Shown here: in pieces, positions 35,333-44,169 of the stretch
Numbering within the stretch: position 1 is the stretch's first letter
Layout: every line of letters starts with the position of its first letter
Assembly: GCA_023140255.1 (NCBI GenBank)
Contig: JAGLLX010000003.1
Location: forward strand, 7,485-71,484
Length of the DNA: 64,000 nucleotides
DNA from: Minisyncoccota bacterium
GTDB taxonomy: Bacteria > Patescibacteriota > Minisyncoccia > Phycocordibacterales > UBA12079
Direction of reading: 5' to 3'
Translations under genes and position numbers: made by a program
The notes under the pieces: model-generated
What the model was told of the DNA's origin: nothing
The model's input: the letters and a program-made list of their open reading frames with translations, nothing else
Databases searched by the model: none

Positions 35333-37717
35333 ATGAAATTTTCATACAAATGGTTAAAAGAATATTTTGAAGAACCTCTACCAGAGATTAAAGACTTGGT
35401 GGAGACTTTGACATTCCATGCCTTTGAAATAGAAGGGGTAGAGAATAATGATTTAATTGATATTGATGTTTTACCTAATCGTTCGCACGACTGTTTTTCT
35501 TATCAAGGAATAGCTAGAGAAATTTCTGTTTTGATTGCTCTAAAGTTAAAACAAAAAGAAACTTCTCTTGTGGTTGAAAAAGATTTAAAATCATCAGAAT
35601 ATATTTCTCTTAAAGTTAACGATTCTAATTTAGCACCAAGAGTTACAAAAAGATTAGTCCAAGGTGTAAAAATAGGGGAATCACCAGATTGGCTAAAAGA
35701 AAAACTTGAATCTATTGGTCAGAAATCTATAAATAATGTAGTTGATATTACTAATTATGTAATGTGGGAAACAGGTCAACCCGTACATGCTTTTGATTTT
35801 GATAAAATTAGTGGAGACGGGGTAAAAGAAATTAGTATTAGAAACGCTGAAAATGGAGAAAAAATAAATACATTAGACGGTGGAGAATATGAATTAGATG
35901 AAAATGTGTTGGTAATTAGTGATAATGAAAAGGCTTTAGATATTGCAGGAGTAAAGGGAGGATTAGTTTCAGGGATTGATGAAAATACTCAAAATATAGT
36001 TTTATCTGTTTGTAACTTTAATCAAACTAATATCAGAAAAACTTCAAGAAAATTAGGTTTAAGAACTGATGCTTCTGTTCGTTTTGAAAATGGAATTTCA
36101 CCTGAAAAAGTTATGGAAGCGATGGAAAGATTATCAGAATTGGTTTTTGAATTAGCTGGAGGAAAGGTATCAGAAGATATTTTAGATATTTATTCTAGAA
36201 AAGTGAATTTATATAAAGTAGGTGTTTCAATTCAGGAAACAAATAAAGTATTAGGGTTAAATTTATTAGAGAAAGAAATAGAGAGTATTTTAAATAAACT
36301 TGATTTTAAATATGAAAAAGTTAGTCCAATTGAGAAAGTTTTGGAACTAGCCTTAAGTCTTGAAAATAAGCTGTACAAATTTGGGGCGAGTGTTTCTTAT
36401 GATTCTCCAGAGTTTTTTGATTGTTCATCTTTTACAGCTTATATTTTTGCCCAAGTTGGAATAGCTATTCCAAGAATTTCTATTGATCAATATTTTTGGG
36501 GAGAAGAAATTTCAGAAGCTGATTTGAAAGCTGGTGATCTAGTCTTTTCTAATAGTGGAGAAGGAAAAATTCATATGGAATCAATAGATTTTAGAAAAGG
36601 GTTAGTAGAAGAGAAAGGAGTTGATCATGTTGGTCTGTATTTAGGGGATGGAAAAGTAATTCATTCTTCTAGAAAAAATGGAGGAGAAGGAAAGGTTAAA
36701 ATAGAAGAATTAAAGAGTGCCGGTCAATTTAAGGATATTATTGATTATAGAAGAATTTCTGATAATCAAGAAAGATTTGTCGTTGAAATTCCTCACGAAA
36801 GATTAGATTTACGAATTAAAGAAGATTTGATTGAAGAAATCGGAAGAATTTATGGTTATAAAAATATTGAATCAGCACCGATTATGGAAATTTTTAAAGC
36901 TAAAGTAAATAAGAGTTTTTATTATATTAATAAAATTAAAGATATTTTAGTGAACGAAGGTTTTAGTGAAGTTTCTACTTATACTTTTGGAGACAAGGGA
37001 AATGTGGAAGTGCAAAAACCTTTAGCTTCTAATTTAGGTTTTTTGAGAACTAATTTAAATAATGGTATTCAAAAATCCTTAGATTTGAATGAGAAAAACG
37101 CTCCTTTACTAGGATTAAATGAAATTAAAATATTTGAAATTGGAAAAGTTTTCCTTGATATTGATGGGGAATATAATGCTTTGGCAATTGGAGTTAGAGT
37201 GGTTAAAAAAAGCAAAAAATCTGATTCTGTGAGAGATGAGATAATTCAAAATATCATAAATACTTTAGATAAAGAATTAAACTTGACGCTCCAAGCGCTA
37301 AGTGATTCTAGATCCAAGGACGGACAAGATGATGTTTTTGAAATTAATTTAGACGAAGTTATTGATAAATTGCCTGAGCCAGAATCTTATGGAGATATTT
37401 TTGATAATTTAAATCAGGAATCTGTGAAATTCCAAAAAATTTCAGCTTATCCATTTATGTTGCGAGATATTGCTGTGTTTGTGCCAAATGAATTTAGTGA
37501 AAATGATTTATTAAAAATAATTACAGAAAATGCAGGAGAGCTTTTGATGCAAACAAAATTATTTGATACTTATAGCCCTGAAGGAGAAGATAAAACTTCT
37601 TATGCTTTTAATTTAGTTTTCCAATCTCAAGAAAAAACTTTGACCGACGAAGAAATAAATAAAGTTATGGATAAAATCACAGCAGAGATTGAATTAAAAG
37701 GCTGGGAAGTAAGATAA
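35333..37717 (+). CDS. pheT: Phenylalanine--tRNA ligase beta subunit with an inserted NlpC/P60 papain-like domain (lacks the N-terminal OB-fold tRNA-binding domain)
   Basis: N-terminal MKFSYKWLKEYF; B3/B4 region (NYVMWETGQPVHAFDFDKI); B5 region; core ERLDLRIKEDLIEEIGRIYGYKNIE; C-terminal FDX-ACB. Between B5 and the core lies an ~130-aa insertion with FDCSSFTAYIF (Cys) and DHVGLYLGDGKVIHSS (His), which is the NlpC/P60 pattern. Confidence 0.8.
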   Translation: MKFSYKWLKEYFEEPLPEIKDLVETLTFHAFEIEGVENNDLIDIDVLPNRSHDCFSYQGIAREISVLIALKLKQKETSLVVEKDLKSSEYISLKVNDSNLAPRVTKRLVQGVKIGESPDWLKEKLESIGQKSINNVVDITNYVMWETGQPVHAFDFDKISGDGVKEISIRNAENGEKINTLDGGEYELDENVLVISDNEKALDIAGVKGGLVSGIDENTQNIVLSVCNFNQTNIRKTSRKLGLRTDASVRFENGISPEKVMEAMERLSELVFELAGGKVSEDILDIYSRKVNLYKVGVSIQETNKVLGLNLLEKEIESILNKLDFKYEKVSPIEKVLELALSLENKLYKFGASVSYDSPEFFDCSSFTAYIFAQVGIAIPRISIDQYFWGEEISEADLKAGDLVFSNSGEGKIHMESIDFRKGLVEEKGVDHVGLYLGDGKVIHSSRKNGGEGKVKIEELKSAGQFKDIIDYRRISDNQERFVVEIPHERLDLRIKEDLIEEIGRIYGYKNIESAPIMEIFKAKVNKSFYYINKIKDILVNEGFSEVSTYTFGDKGNVEVQKPLASNLGFLRTNLNNGIQKSLDLNEKNAPLLGLNEIKIFEIGKVFLDIDGEYNALAIGVRVVKKSKKSDSVRDEIIQNIINTLDKELNLTLQALSDSRSKDGQDDVFEINLDEVIDKLPEPESYGDIFDNLNQESVKFQKISAYPFMLRDIAVFVPNEFSENDLLKIITENAGELLMQTKLFDTYSPEGEDKTSYAFNLVFQSQEKTLTDEEINKVMDKITAEIELKGWEVR

Positions 37718-37808
37718 AATTATATGAAGCGAGCATATAATTACGGCGTTCGGATTATATAAAAACAAGTATTAGTATAATCGTTTTTATAAATCCTCAC
37801 TTGAAATT

Positions 37809-38345
37809 ATGAAATTAAATGTTCCGTATATTTCTCAACGTAGAGATATAATAGATGAATATTGGCAGGAACGAGCTTGCGGAGCGGTTTCTTTGAAAAT
37901 GGTTTTGGACTTCATAAATCCTAATGATATTTTAGTTGATGACTTTGTTAAACAAGCGAGTGACAAAGGTGCTTATAGTGAGAATGGGTGGCTTCATCAA
38001 GGACTTATTAATATTGCAAAAGATTTTGATGTAAGTTTGGAAAGAGAAGAGTTTAAATCAAATGATTTAGAAGAGACTATAATTTTATTACAAAATGGTA
38101 TTGATAAAATTATTGATAATTTGAAAAACAATAAACCTGTTATAATTTCTGCTATTAAAAAATGGACGGAAGAAACAAAATTTCACATGTTGGTTGTAAT
38201 TGGTTTTGAATTAGATGAGAGCAGTGAATTAAAAGGTTTTTATTATCATGATTCTGATTGTAAAACAGATAAAGGAAAAGATTTATTTGTTCCCATAGAA
38301 ACTTTTAGAAAATATTGGAGAAAAATGGCAATTTTTGTTAAATAG
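37809..38345 (+). CDS. C39-like papain-fold cysteine peptidase domain protein
   Basis: VPYISQRRD...ACGAVSLKMVL plus downstream His/Asp (HMLVVIGFE, YYHDSD) fit the Peptidase_C39_2 pattern. Confidence 0.45.
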   Translation: MKLNVPYISQRRDIIDEYWQERACGAVSLKMVLDFINPNDILVDDFVKQASDKGAYSENGWLHQGLINIAKDFDVSLEREEFKSNDLEETIILLQNGIDKIIDNLKNNKPVIISAIKKWTEETKFHMLVVIGFELDESSELKGFYYHDSDCKTDKGKDLFVPIETFRKYWRKMAIFVK

Positions 38346-38367
38346 TAGCGCTTGGAGCACTACTCCT

Positions 38368-38394
38368 AAATGGCTCAAAAAAATGAGCCATTTA
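38368..38394 (+). terminator. Terminator hairpin (the same 27-mer as at 1441), followed by further hairpins to ~38450
   Basis: aaatggctcaaaaaaatgagccattta, then gagccat.../agctcaa.../tgagccgtt repeats. Confidence 0.5.
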
Positions 38395-38550
38395 GGAGGG
38401 CTGGGTTGAGCCATAAAATGCTTGAATAGCTCAATCTTTTGAGCCGTTGAAGTTATTTGGTAACCGGGTTACCAAATTGGGTTTTAGGATTATTAAAAAC
38501 TCCCAATGAAATATATTTCGTTGGGAGTTTTGTTTTAAGATTTTTTTTGG

Positions 38551-39039
38551 CTAACAAACGAATTTACAGCCAAATTTTTCTGCAGTAAGCATTTCACATA
38601 TATCAGGTGGAAAATTAAGAAGTCCACTACTAGTTATCCCGATTGATATTGAAGTTCCAAGAGTACTATTTATAGGATTGTCTTCATCACAGAGACAGTG
38701 TTCTAAAAGTCCTTCATTGCTACTACGGGTTTGTGGGTTGTTGTAAAAATCCACTGCAAATTTGACGATCATTGAGAAAAAGAAACCAAATTCTTCATCT
38801 GAAAGTTCAATTTCTTTCTCGTTGCGATCCAATGTGATTTGGAAAAGCTCGCGGATTTCGTCAATATTTGTGGCAGGTTCTAGTTCATCTAGTTGGTTCA
38901 TAGGAACTGACATTTTCAGTTTGTAGTTGAATTTGATGTTAGCGATTTCTATATAACCTTTATATTGAAAACCACCACGAACTTGCTCCACATATTTTTC
39001 GATAGATACCTCTTGCATTTTCTTCTCCTTTTTTGTCAA
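38551..39039 (-). CDS. Hypothetical protein
   Basis: 162-aa ORF with no recognisable motifs. Confidence 0.3.
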   Translation of the reverse strand: MTKKEKKMQEVSIEKYVEQVRGGFQYKGYIEIANIKFNYKLKMSVPMNQLDELEPATNIDEIRELFQITLDRNEKEIELSDEEFGFFFSMIVKFAVDFYNNPQTRSSNEGLLEHCLCDEDNPINSTLGTSISIGITSSGLLNFPPDICEMLTAEKFGCKFVC

Positions 39040-39271
39040 AAATTAGTTTAAAAATCTTTTACTTCTGGCTTTAATATATCAGGTTATAATGATTTTGTCA
39101 ATACTTTTGGCCGTTGTTTTTGGAGGAATATTCATTAATATCAAAGGTGGTAACTAACACTTTTATTTGATATAATAAAGACATTAAAACATTAAAACAC
39201 GAGAGCATAAAAACAAAATAAATGGGCGTCCTCCTACGGAGGACGCCCACTACTAAAGACTATTAATTATT

Positions 39272-41368
39272 ATGGTTAAAAAAGAAAAAGTAAACGGAGA
39301 ATATAGTGCTAAAGATATATCCGTTTTAGAAGGATTAGAACCAGTTAGAAAGCGTCCTGGAATGTATATTGGAACAACTGGGATTGATGGATTGCATCAT
39401 TTAATTTGGGAAATATTTGATAACTCTCGTGATGAAGCCATGGGTGGTTTTGCTGATACTGTGGAAGTAGCTTTATTGCCTGGGAATAGAATAAGAGTGG
39501 TAGATAACGGACGAGGAATTCCTGTTGATATTCATAAACAAACAAAGGTTTCTGCTTTGGAAACAATTATGACAACTTTACATGCCGGAGGAAAATTTGG
39601 AGGAGATGGATATAAAATTTCTGGAGGACTGCATGGTGTAGGTGCTTCCGTAGTAAACGCTCTTTCTGTGTATACTCGTGTAGAAATTCATAAAGAAGGA
39701 GATATTTATATGCAAGAATATAGTCAGGGTAAACAAAAAGCGAAAGTAAAGAAAATTGCTAAGACAAAAAAGAATGGAACTATTATTATGTTCGAGCCTG
39801 ATATTGAAATATTTAAAGAAATTAAATTTAACTATAATACAGTCTTGAAACATTTGAGAGAGCAAGCTTATTTAGTGAAAGGAATGAGGTTAACTGTTTT
39901 TGATGCTAGGGAATATGAAGGAGAAATAGATTTAAACGAAGCTTTTTATTTAAAAGATTTAAACTTGGATTTACCTTCTACAACTTTTTATTTTGAAGGT
40001 GGTTTATTATCTTTAGTTAAATTCTATAATGCTTACCAAAAACCAGTTCATAAAAATATTTTTTATACTGAAAAAATAATTAATGATAATGGAGAGTCTG
40101 TTGAGATTGCTTTGCAATATGTAGATGATATTTCTTCTCGTGTAGTTACTTTTGCTAATAATATTCCAACTGTTGAGGGTGGAATGCATCTAACTGGTTT
40201 TAAATCAACTTTAACGAGAACTTTAAATGCTTATGCTAGAAAGAATGGTTTACTAAAAGAAAAAGATGAGAATTTCACAGGAGATGATGTTTTGGAAGGG
40301 ATTACTGCTGTTATTTCTATAAAGTTAGCAGAAGTTCAATTTGAGGGTCAGACTAAGGCTAAATTAGGTTCAGTAGAGGCTAGAGGAATGGTGGAAACAG
40401 TCTTCGGAGAAGATTTTGCTTTCTTTTTAGAAGAGAACCCAAATGAAGCGAGATCTATTATAAACAAAGTGAATTTGGCTTTAAGAGCCAGAAAAGCTGC
40501 TAGAGCTGCCAAAGATTCTGTGATTAGAAAAGGTGCTTTAGAGGGGATGACACTTCCAGGGAAATTAGCTGATTGTGCGGCTGGAACAGTTCCTGCTGAT
40601 TCTGAATTATTCATAGTGGAGGGAGATTCTGCTGGCGGTTCTGCTAAACAAGGGAGAGATAGAAGAACTCAAGCAATTTTGCCTTTGAGAGGTAAGATTT
40701 TGAATGTAGAAAGAGCTAGGCTAGATAAGATGTTGTCTTCTCAAGAAATTAAAAATCTTGTGATTGCCCTAGGAACTGCTATTGGTGATACTTTTGAAAT
40801 TGAAAAACTGAGATATCATAAAATTATTATTGCTACCGATGCTGATGTAGACGGAGCTCATATTATGACTTTGTTACTAACTTTATTTTATCGTTATTTC
40901 AAAGAAATAATTGAAGGTGGTTATTTGTATGTAGCCAAACCTCCTTTGTATAAAATTACACATAATAGAAAAGATGTTTATGTTTATTCAGATGAAGAAA
41001 GAGATGAATATTTGAAGAAAAATAAATTAGGAGGGATTGGTGAAGATATTGATAAGGATTCTGACTTATTAACACCTGAGTCATTAGATGAGGTAGGTGA
41101 GGAGGGTGATCAAGATGGAGATGACATTAAAGTGAAAAAAAGTTCCAAGGTTTCAATTCAAAGATACAAAGGTCTTGGAGAAATGAACCCTGAAGAATTA
41201 TACGAGACTACTATGGATGCTGAAAAGAGAGTTTTGAAAAGAATTTTTATAGAAGATGCACAGAAAGCCGATCATACATTTGATATTTTGATGGGTGCTT
41301 TAGTAGCTCCGAGAAAATCTTTTATTCAATCTAATGCTAAGTATGCAGAGATTGATGTTAATGCTTAA
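39272..41368 (+). CDS. gyrB: DNA gyrase subunit B (type IIA topoisomerase ATPase/Toprim subunit) with an acidic C-terminal insertion
   Basis: N-terminus LEGLEPVRKRPGMYIGTTGIDGLHHL, GHKL ATPase, Toprim EGDSAGG, and C-terminus QRYKGLGEMNP. gyrB was preferred over parE by length. No gyrA lies adjacent. Confidence 0.8.
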   Translation: MVKKEKVNGEYSAKDISVLEGLEPVRKRPGMYIGTTGIDGLHHLIWEIFDNSRDEAMGGFADTVEVALLPGNRIRVVDNGRGIPVDIHKQTKVSALETIMTTLHAGGKFGGDGYKISGGLHGVGASVVNALSVYTRVEIHKEGDIYMQEYSQGKQKAKVKKIAKTKKNGTIIMFEPDIEIFKEIKFNYNTVLKHLREQAYLVKGMRLTVFDAREYEGEIDLNEAFYLKDLNLDLPSTTFYFEGGLLSLVKFYNAYQKPVHKNIFYTEKIINDNGESVEIALQYVDDISSRVVTFANNIPTVEGGMHLTGFKSTLTRTLNAYARKNGLLKEKDENFTGDDVLEGITAVISIKLAEVQFEGQTKAKLGSVEARGMVETVFGEDFAFFLEENPNEARSIINKVNLALRARKAARAAKDSVIRKGALEGMTLPGKLADCAAGTVPADSELFIVEGDSAGGSAKQGRDRRTQAILPLRGKILNVERARLDKMLSSQEIKNLVIALGTAIGDTFEIEKLRYHKIIIATDADVDGAHIMTLLLTLFYRYFKEIIEGGYLYVAKPPLYKITHNRKDVYVYSDEERDEYLKKNKLGGIGEDIDKDSDLLTPESLDEVGEEGDQDGDDIKVKKSSKVSIQRYKGLGEMNPEELYETTMDAEKRVLKRIFIEDAQKADHTFDILMGALVAPRKSFIQSNAKYAEIDVNA

Positions 41369-41394
41369 AAGGATTTAGCACTTAAGATAGAAAA

Positions 41395-41432
41395 AGAGCG
41401 ACGGGCTAAAGCCCGTCGCTCTTTTTATTTAG
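41395..41432. terminator. Bidirectional terminator between gyrB and the sortase gene
   Basis: aaaaagagcgacgggc-taaa-gcccgtcgctcttttt. Confidence 0.6.
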
Positions 41433-41437
41433 ATTTT

Positions 41438-42811
41438 TTATTCAATAATATCTATAATATCTATAAATACTTTAGCAATATTATTAGTTTTAGTTACTTC
41501 TTTTATTCCTCCGGAAGGATCAACATTAACGATAACAACCATTTGATCACCAATTCTTAGCTTATCAAATCCCATTGTGAATTCAATCTTTTCTCCAGGG
41601 GCTAATGCTTTTTGCCCTTGTGAATGGAAAATGTGTGCTGGAGATGTAGGTAACACTGCATTAAATGTCCAACCATCTGAAGTTTTTGTTCCTATATTTG
41701 TTACTGTAAATGTTACTGCTCCGATATCTCCTCTAACTAAAGTAGAAGTAGCTATTAAGTCTTTGTTAGAATTTAGGTATCCTATTGTATTAATAGTTGC
41801 CTCTAAGTCAGCCAAACCATATTCAACCACAGGATTAATAACTGGATCGATTATATATTCATATTCTTCCTCTGTTCCTGGGTTAGGATTTATAGGATAA
41901 GGTGAATGGATATTTCCTCCAATATTAGGAGTACCTGTATTGTTCAAAGGTATAACTTTTACAAAGTCAGCTTCTACAACAAATCTATCTTCTTTAGCTC
42001 CTAAAGTATCGCATGTAGAAATAGTAAGTTTTTGAGTATTACTATCTATTCTAATTGCTCCGTTAGCTGTGTTGGTAGCTTTTACACTAGTTACTTTATA
42101 GAAGTATTGGTTATTTGTAGATGTTACAATGATTTCATCACCTTTAACTAAGTTTTCTAAATTATTAAATGTTTTATAATAAGAAGTTTCTGTAGCTAGG
42201 CTTGTACTATGACCAAATATAAATATATTTTTATTTTCACCTAAAAGACCTGATTCAGGATATCTTACAGCTCCTAACTTAAGAGCTTTGTTTAGAGAAT
42301 CTATATCTTTATCTAGAGGATTTATAACAAGAGTGTTTACTCCAATAGCATCAATATTAATTCTTAATGGTTTTTCCAATACAGTTTGATCTTCTCCTTC
42401 TGTTACAATAATAGTATTTCCACTATCTTGTGTACTAATCTTTCTTAGATAAAGCATTGCTGCTGTTAAATCAAATTTATCTGAAATAATATCTAATTTT
42501 TGGAAAAGATTAGGAATAATTTTTGTACTTTGAATAGTTGCTACAGCATAGTGACTTGTAGTAGGGAATACAGAAGAAATAGTTGATATATTTTTAAGAC
42601 TGTAAAAAGAACCAATTAGTAATAGTAATAGTAAGATAGTTGTAGAAAATGAAAGTTTCCATTTCTTAACTAAAGGCATATCTTTGATACTTTTACCAAA
42701 GTTATTACTCTTTGTATATTGATAGAACTTTTTAAGCACCCACCAATCTCCTTGGTAGTCATTGTGTGTGTTTGTTTCTATATGCATTGTAGGTAAATTT
42801 TCTGGTGTCAT
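41438..42811 (-). CDS. Membrane-anchored sortase-family transpeptidase with a C-terminal CARDB-like domain
   Basis: N-terminal TM anchor. Sortase His motif NIFIFGHSTS, catalytic Cys motif QKLTISTCD (TLxTC), and a C-terminal VTNIGTKTSDGWTF CARDB-like beta-sandwich. Confidence 0.55.
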   Translation of the reverse strand: MTPENLPTMHIETNTHNDYQGDWWVLKKFYQYTKSNNFGKSIKDMPLVKKWKLSFSTTILLLLLLIGSFYSLKNISTISSVFPTTSHYAVATIQSTKIIPNLFQKLDIISDKFDLTAAMLYLRKISTQDSGNTIIVTEGEDQTVLEKPLRINIDAIGVNTLVINPLDKDIDSLNKALKLGAVRYPESGLLGENKNIFIFGHSTSLATETSYYKTFNNLENLVKGDEIIVTSTNNQYFYKVTSVKATNTANGAIRIDSNTQKLTISTCDTLGAKEDRFVVEADFVKVIPLNNTGTPNIGGNIHSPYPINPNPGTEEEYEYIIDPVINPVVEYGLADLEATINTIGYLNSNKDLIATSTLVRGDIGAVTFTVTNIGTKTSDGWTFNAVLPTSPAHIFHSQGQKALAPGEKIEFTMGFDKLRIGDQMVVIVNVDPSGGIKEVTKTNNIAKVFIDIIDIIE

Positions 42812-43021
42812 AATATTGTTGTTATTAATAATTTATTATTTTCTTGAATATTACCACTGTGTCTAAATAATGTCAAGGGTTTTTGATAAAGATTTTTAAA
42901 AAAGTTATAAATAAGGAACTTTAGGTTTTTTGCTATTGCTTTTTTTTAATAACAGTTATATAGTATTTAGTAGATAGTAAATTGAGAGTAATTTTACATA
43001 ACCAATAAAAGGAGAAATAAA

Positions 43022-44011
43022 ATGAAGAAATGTTTAGAAGTGTTCGTGGCCGTGGTGATGTTTTTGTTTCTGTGTGGTTCTGTTTCAGCGGAATACATAG
43101 TAAGAACATGTGAAGTTCCGATTTTGCCAGCTACTGGGGCTTTTAACTCAGAGTACCAAGTTGTCGTAAAGGATAGTCTTGGGAATCTGGCAAGAGGAAT
43201 TCCTGTTGCAGGAAGATTCTTGGAACATTTTGGTAATCCAGGGGTTTTGGGAGAAACTCAACGGACAGTTACTGATCAGTATGGAGTGGCAACTTTTACC
43301 ATTCCCGATGCACCGAGACCTACTGATAAAGATAGTTTTTGGTATTTCTCAGTGTGGGCTGATTCAGACTTATATTGTTTGTATCATCAAGTGATTTGGT
43401 GGACAGTGTCCACTGCATTGCCAGCTTATATTTCTTTTGGTGACTTTGGTGGGGTTGTTCCACTGCAGACATCAATGGATTGTTTGGTAACAAATGCTTG
43501 GGGAGTTCCGTTGCCTAATCTTACCATAGAGATTATTGACGGTGCGGAGTATTTTTCTTCGGTGTTTGCTATTACAGATGTTGATGGTGTTGCACATTTT
43601 AGCTTTACTGCTGGGTCTGCTGTTGGATCGGCAAAAATAAAGGCTCAAGTTGAGTTTTTACCGTTTGCTAGGAATACTACTGATATTTCATGGGGGACTC
43701 CTCAGCCGAATCCGGTTTTATCGGGTGATAATATCGTAGCTCAGACAGGTCTTGAGTATGGCTTACCAGTTTTTAGGTTTTCTCAAAATCGTTCTGGTAA
43801 TGCTGGATTCACTCTTCTTGATGAAGATGGAAATCCTATTGTTGGTGAGCAGGTAGAATGTCTTTATCCTGTTTGGAGTGGAGTAACTGATTCCAATGGG
43901 GAATTCAGCGTCCTTATTCCGGCTAGTGGTTTTATTGGTTGGGATGTGTCATGGGTCTGGGTCGTTTCCGATCCAGATACTACTCTTAATTTTAAAATGG
44001 TTTACGAATAG
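43022..44011 (+). CDS. Secreted protein (signal peptide), function unknown
   Basis: Signal peptide MKKCLEVFVAVVMFLFLCGSVSA. Higher GC than its surroundings. Confidence 0.4.
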   Translation: MKKCLEVFVAVVMFLFLCGSVSAEYIVRTCEVPILPATGAFNSEYQVVVKDSLGNLARGIPVAGRFLEHFGNPGVLGETQRTVTDQYGVATFTIPDAPRPTDKDSFWYFSVWADSDLYCLYHQVIWWTVSTALPAYISFGDFGGVVPLQTSMDCLVTNAWGVPLPNLTIEIIDGAEYFSSVFAITDVDGVAHFSFTAGSAVGSAKIKAQVEFLPFARNTTDISWGTPQPNPVLSGDNIVAQTGLEYGLPVFRFSQNRSGNAGFTLLDEDGNPIVGEQVECLYPVWSGVTDSNGEFSVLIPASGFIGWDVSWVWVVSDPDTTLNFKMVYE

Positions 44012-44169
44012 TGAACCAAAACTAACTCTTTAAACGGTTAGTCAAAGTCCTTCAGGTTTGTCATAAACCTGAAGGACTTTTTTGTTTTTTAGTTTAAACC
44101 CTTTACAAATAGATATATATATTGTAGTATTATAGAAAATATTAACATTATTAAATATAAACAGATTTT

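Noticed and set aside
36330-36790. PheT insertion as an intein
   Set aside because: There is no Cys/Ser/Thr at the N-terminal splice junction, no C-terminal His-Asn plus nucleophile, and no homing-endonuclease blocks. The Cys...His spacing fits NlpC/P60 instead.
39225-39262. GC-rich hairpin gggcgtcctcc-tacg-gaggacgccc upstream of gyrB, considered as a regulatory element
   Set aside because: It is a single copy in divergent-promoter DNA with a GNRA-like loop. It could be a terminator or attenuator, but I have no support beyond the hairpin itself.
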